64,000 nucleotides of DNA. Origin: Hydrolagus colliei. Taxonomy: Eukaryota. Each line of letters begins with the position of its first letter. Positions within the stretch are counted from its first letter, which is position 1. The position numbers and the translations under genes are program-made. Location: the NCBI GenBank assembly GCA_035084275.1, contig CM068769.1:6696001-6760000 (forward strand), written 5' to 3'. The notes under the pieces were generated by a model. It did not search any database. It was not told where the DNA came from and was given only the letters and a program-made list of their open reading frames with translations. Of the stretch, positions 62,466 to 64,000 are shown one piece after another.

Positions 62466-63479
62466 CTGGAAAATAGAAATTAACAGTCATCGAAAGAAAT
62501 TCGGAAAATATCTCCAACAAACTTAGAATTATTTAACAGGAAACAAGGATGTCTTTGCGTAAACTCACACTCTACCTACAGAAGAGCGACAGCATGAAAT
62601 TAAAAATACTACACGTTTCTTGGTAACAAGGCTTCATTCTCAATCCTCGTCGATTCATGTCAGAACCTCCAGGTGAAATGCAGGTAGACACCAGCTAACT
62701 GCTGATAAACGATAATTAAGGTTTGTCGAGTACCGCTAACTGTGTAGGTTATAACTAAACTCTCGGTTGCGCCTCCACTGACGTCTTTTTACCCGTATGT
62801 GTGCTGGTATGACATTCATTCCCCAATCTGCTGCCAAAAGAGTTCAGTTAGCCTATACGATAGGACGTTACTGCACTTTTAAGTAGATTATTTTAAGCAA
62901 TTTGATTCACGTGAAAGAAATAATCTGGACTATATCGAATTCAAGGAATATAGCTGTTAGTGTTATTAATGTTGTTATTATAAGTTTCTAGTGGAATGCA
63001 CTATCGGAAGAAATATGCCTTCAAGGATTTATTTATGTTTAACATTCTTTTGCATACATCCTTATCAAATCAGTTCATGGAAGATTCCGATAGGTCCTCA
63101 CAGGCTTTTCTCTCGATGACAGAGACTGTGTGGTTGGCAACCTCATCAGCTAATTCATTTAAAACAATGTTCCCTCAATCATCTGTGAAGTGAACGAACA
63201 ATTGTGCTGATGGAATGTCTGCTAGTCAAAATGAGAAACCCTGTTATTGCTCCGGCAGGTACATGGGATCATTAACGACGCTTGTTACAAACCGACTGGA
63301 CGTCTGCTTGGTCGTTCAACACTACTACAGCTTCTCTGAGATTTCTAGACACACCCAGACCTGCACTGGAATGCCATCCCAATACATCAGTCACGAATCT
63401 AATATATCATCCACAGCATTTAAGGCACCTTTGAGTGTATTAAGTGGAAACGAAAATATAAAGTGTAAAGGAAGTTTGA

Positions 63480-64000
63480 TTATTATTATATGGTACTACA
63501 AAAATATTTTTAAAAATATCTTTGGATTTGATAAAGCGACATTTTGCGCACGTCTCAAAGTGTTTCACAGAATATACTATAATGTGTCTAGACAGTTTGT
63601 GTGGGCAAAGCAGTGTCGCACAAACATACGTGGGTAGAGTGATTGGATTTATATTATTGTGTTTATTTAACGGATTATAACAACAAAAACAACAATTTAC
63701 ATTTATATAGCGCCTTTCACGTCGGGAGGACGTCCCAAGGCGCTAAACAAGAGGCGTGTGACCCGAGCTGGGAGGGGAGTGTTTGGGAAGGGGTGAAACA
63801 CGAAGGGTTGGTAAAAGAGTTCGGGGTGGAACAAAAGGCACGATCGAAGAGGAAAGTCTTCAAATCGGCCATGAAATAGGAAAGGGAAGAGGCGAAACGG
63901 AGGGATTGAGGGATGGCATTCCATAAGGTGGGAGCGGAGAAACTGAAGGCCCGGCCTCCGATGGTGGGGTGGTTCGGGTGGGGGGCTTGGAGCATGCCAA
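63480..64000 (-). mobile_element. SINE tail (63480-63640) and L2 3' end (63680-64000)
   Basis: TIGGRAFSFSAPTLWNAIPQSLRFASSLSYFMADLKTFLFDRAF is the L2 ORF2 end, with a (CAA)-TTTATATAGCGCCTTTCACGTC tail. Confidence 0.85.

Noticed and set aside
53085-62520. IgH-like V, NAR-TCR V, or D/J/C segments
   Set aside because: The V peptides have TCR alpha/delta-type FR2 (WYRxYP) rather than WVRQ, and no constant-domain or J motifs were seen in the window.
62990-63450. A sixth, highly degenerate V segment
   Set aside because: Only a faint MYW-like word and a CACAGTC. No YYC, no nonamer and no acceptor.

Overview
Vertebrate genomic DNA, inferred to be from a cartilaginous fish (shark, ray or chimaera) from its repeat content and immune gene types. 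It is dense in tRNA-derived SINEs and in L2 and CR1 LINE remnants. In order: (1) a decayed GPCR fragment (- strand, ~5.8-6.1 kb) arranged head-to-head with an intact two-exon GPR139/GPR142-like class A GPCR (+, join 8994..9057,11787..12691; 322 aa). (2) A GC-rich block (~13.75-16.1 kb) with GC-shifted SINEs, a SINE-derived minisatellite carrying many RSS heptamers, a CpG promoter with three RFX X-box-like motifs, and a single orphan exon of the pseudouridine synthase RPUSD4. (3) An NLR gene on the - strand that I could assemble in frame from nine exons between 48514 and 23659 (at least 935 aa; first exon not found). Its three-exon CARD-like N-terminal module is tandemly duplicated, giving CARD-CARD-NACHT-short LRR, and a near full-length CR1 sits in its last intron. 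(4) Five T-cell receptor alpha/delta-type V segments on the - strand (53.1-62.5 kb), each with a 23-bp-spacer RSS and each defective. No D, J or C segments were seen. All exon models and alignments were made by hand; no database searches were run.
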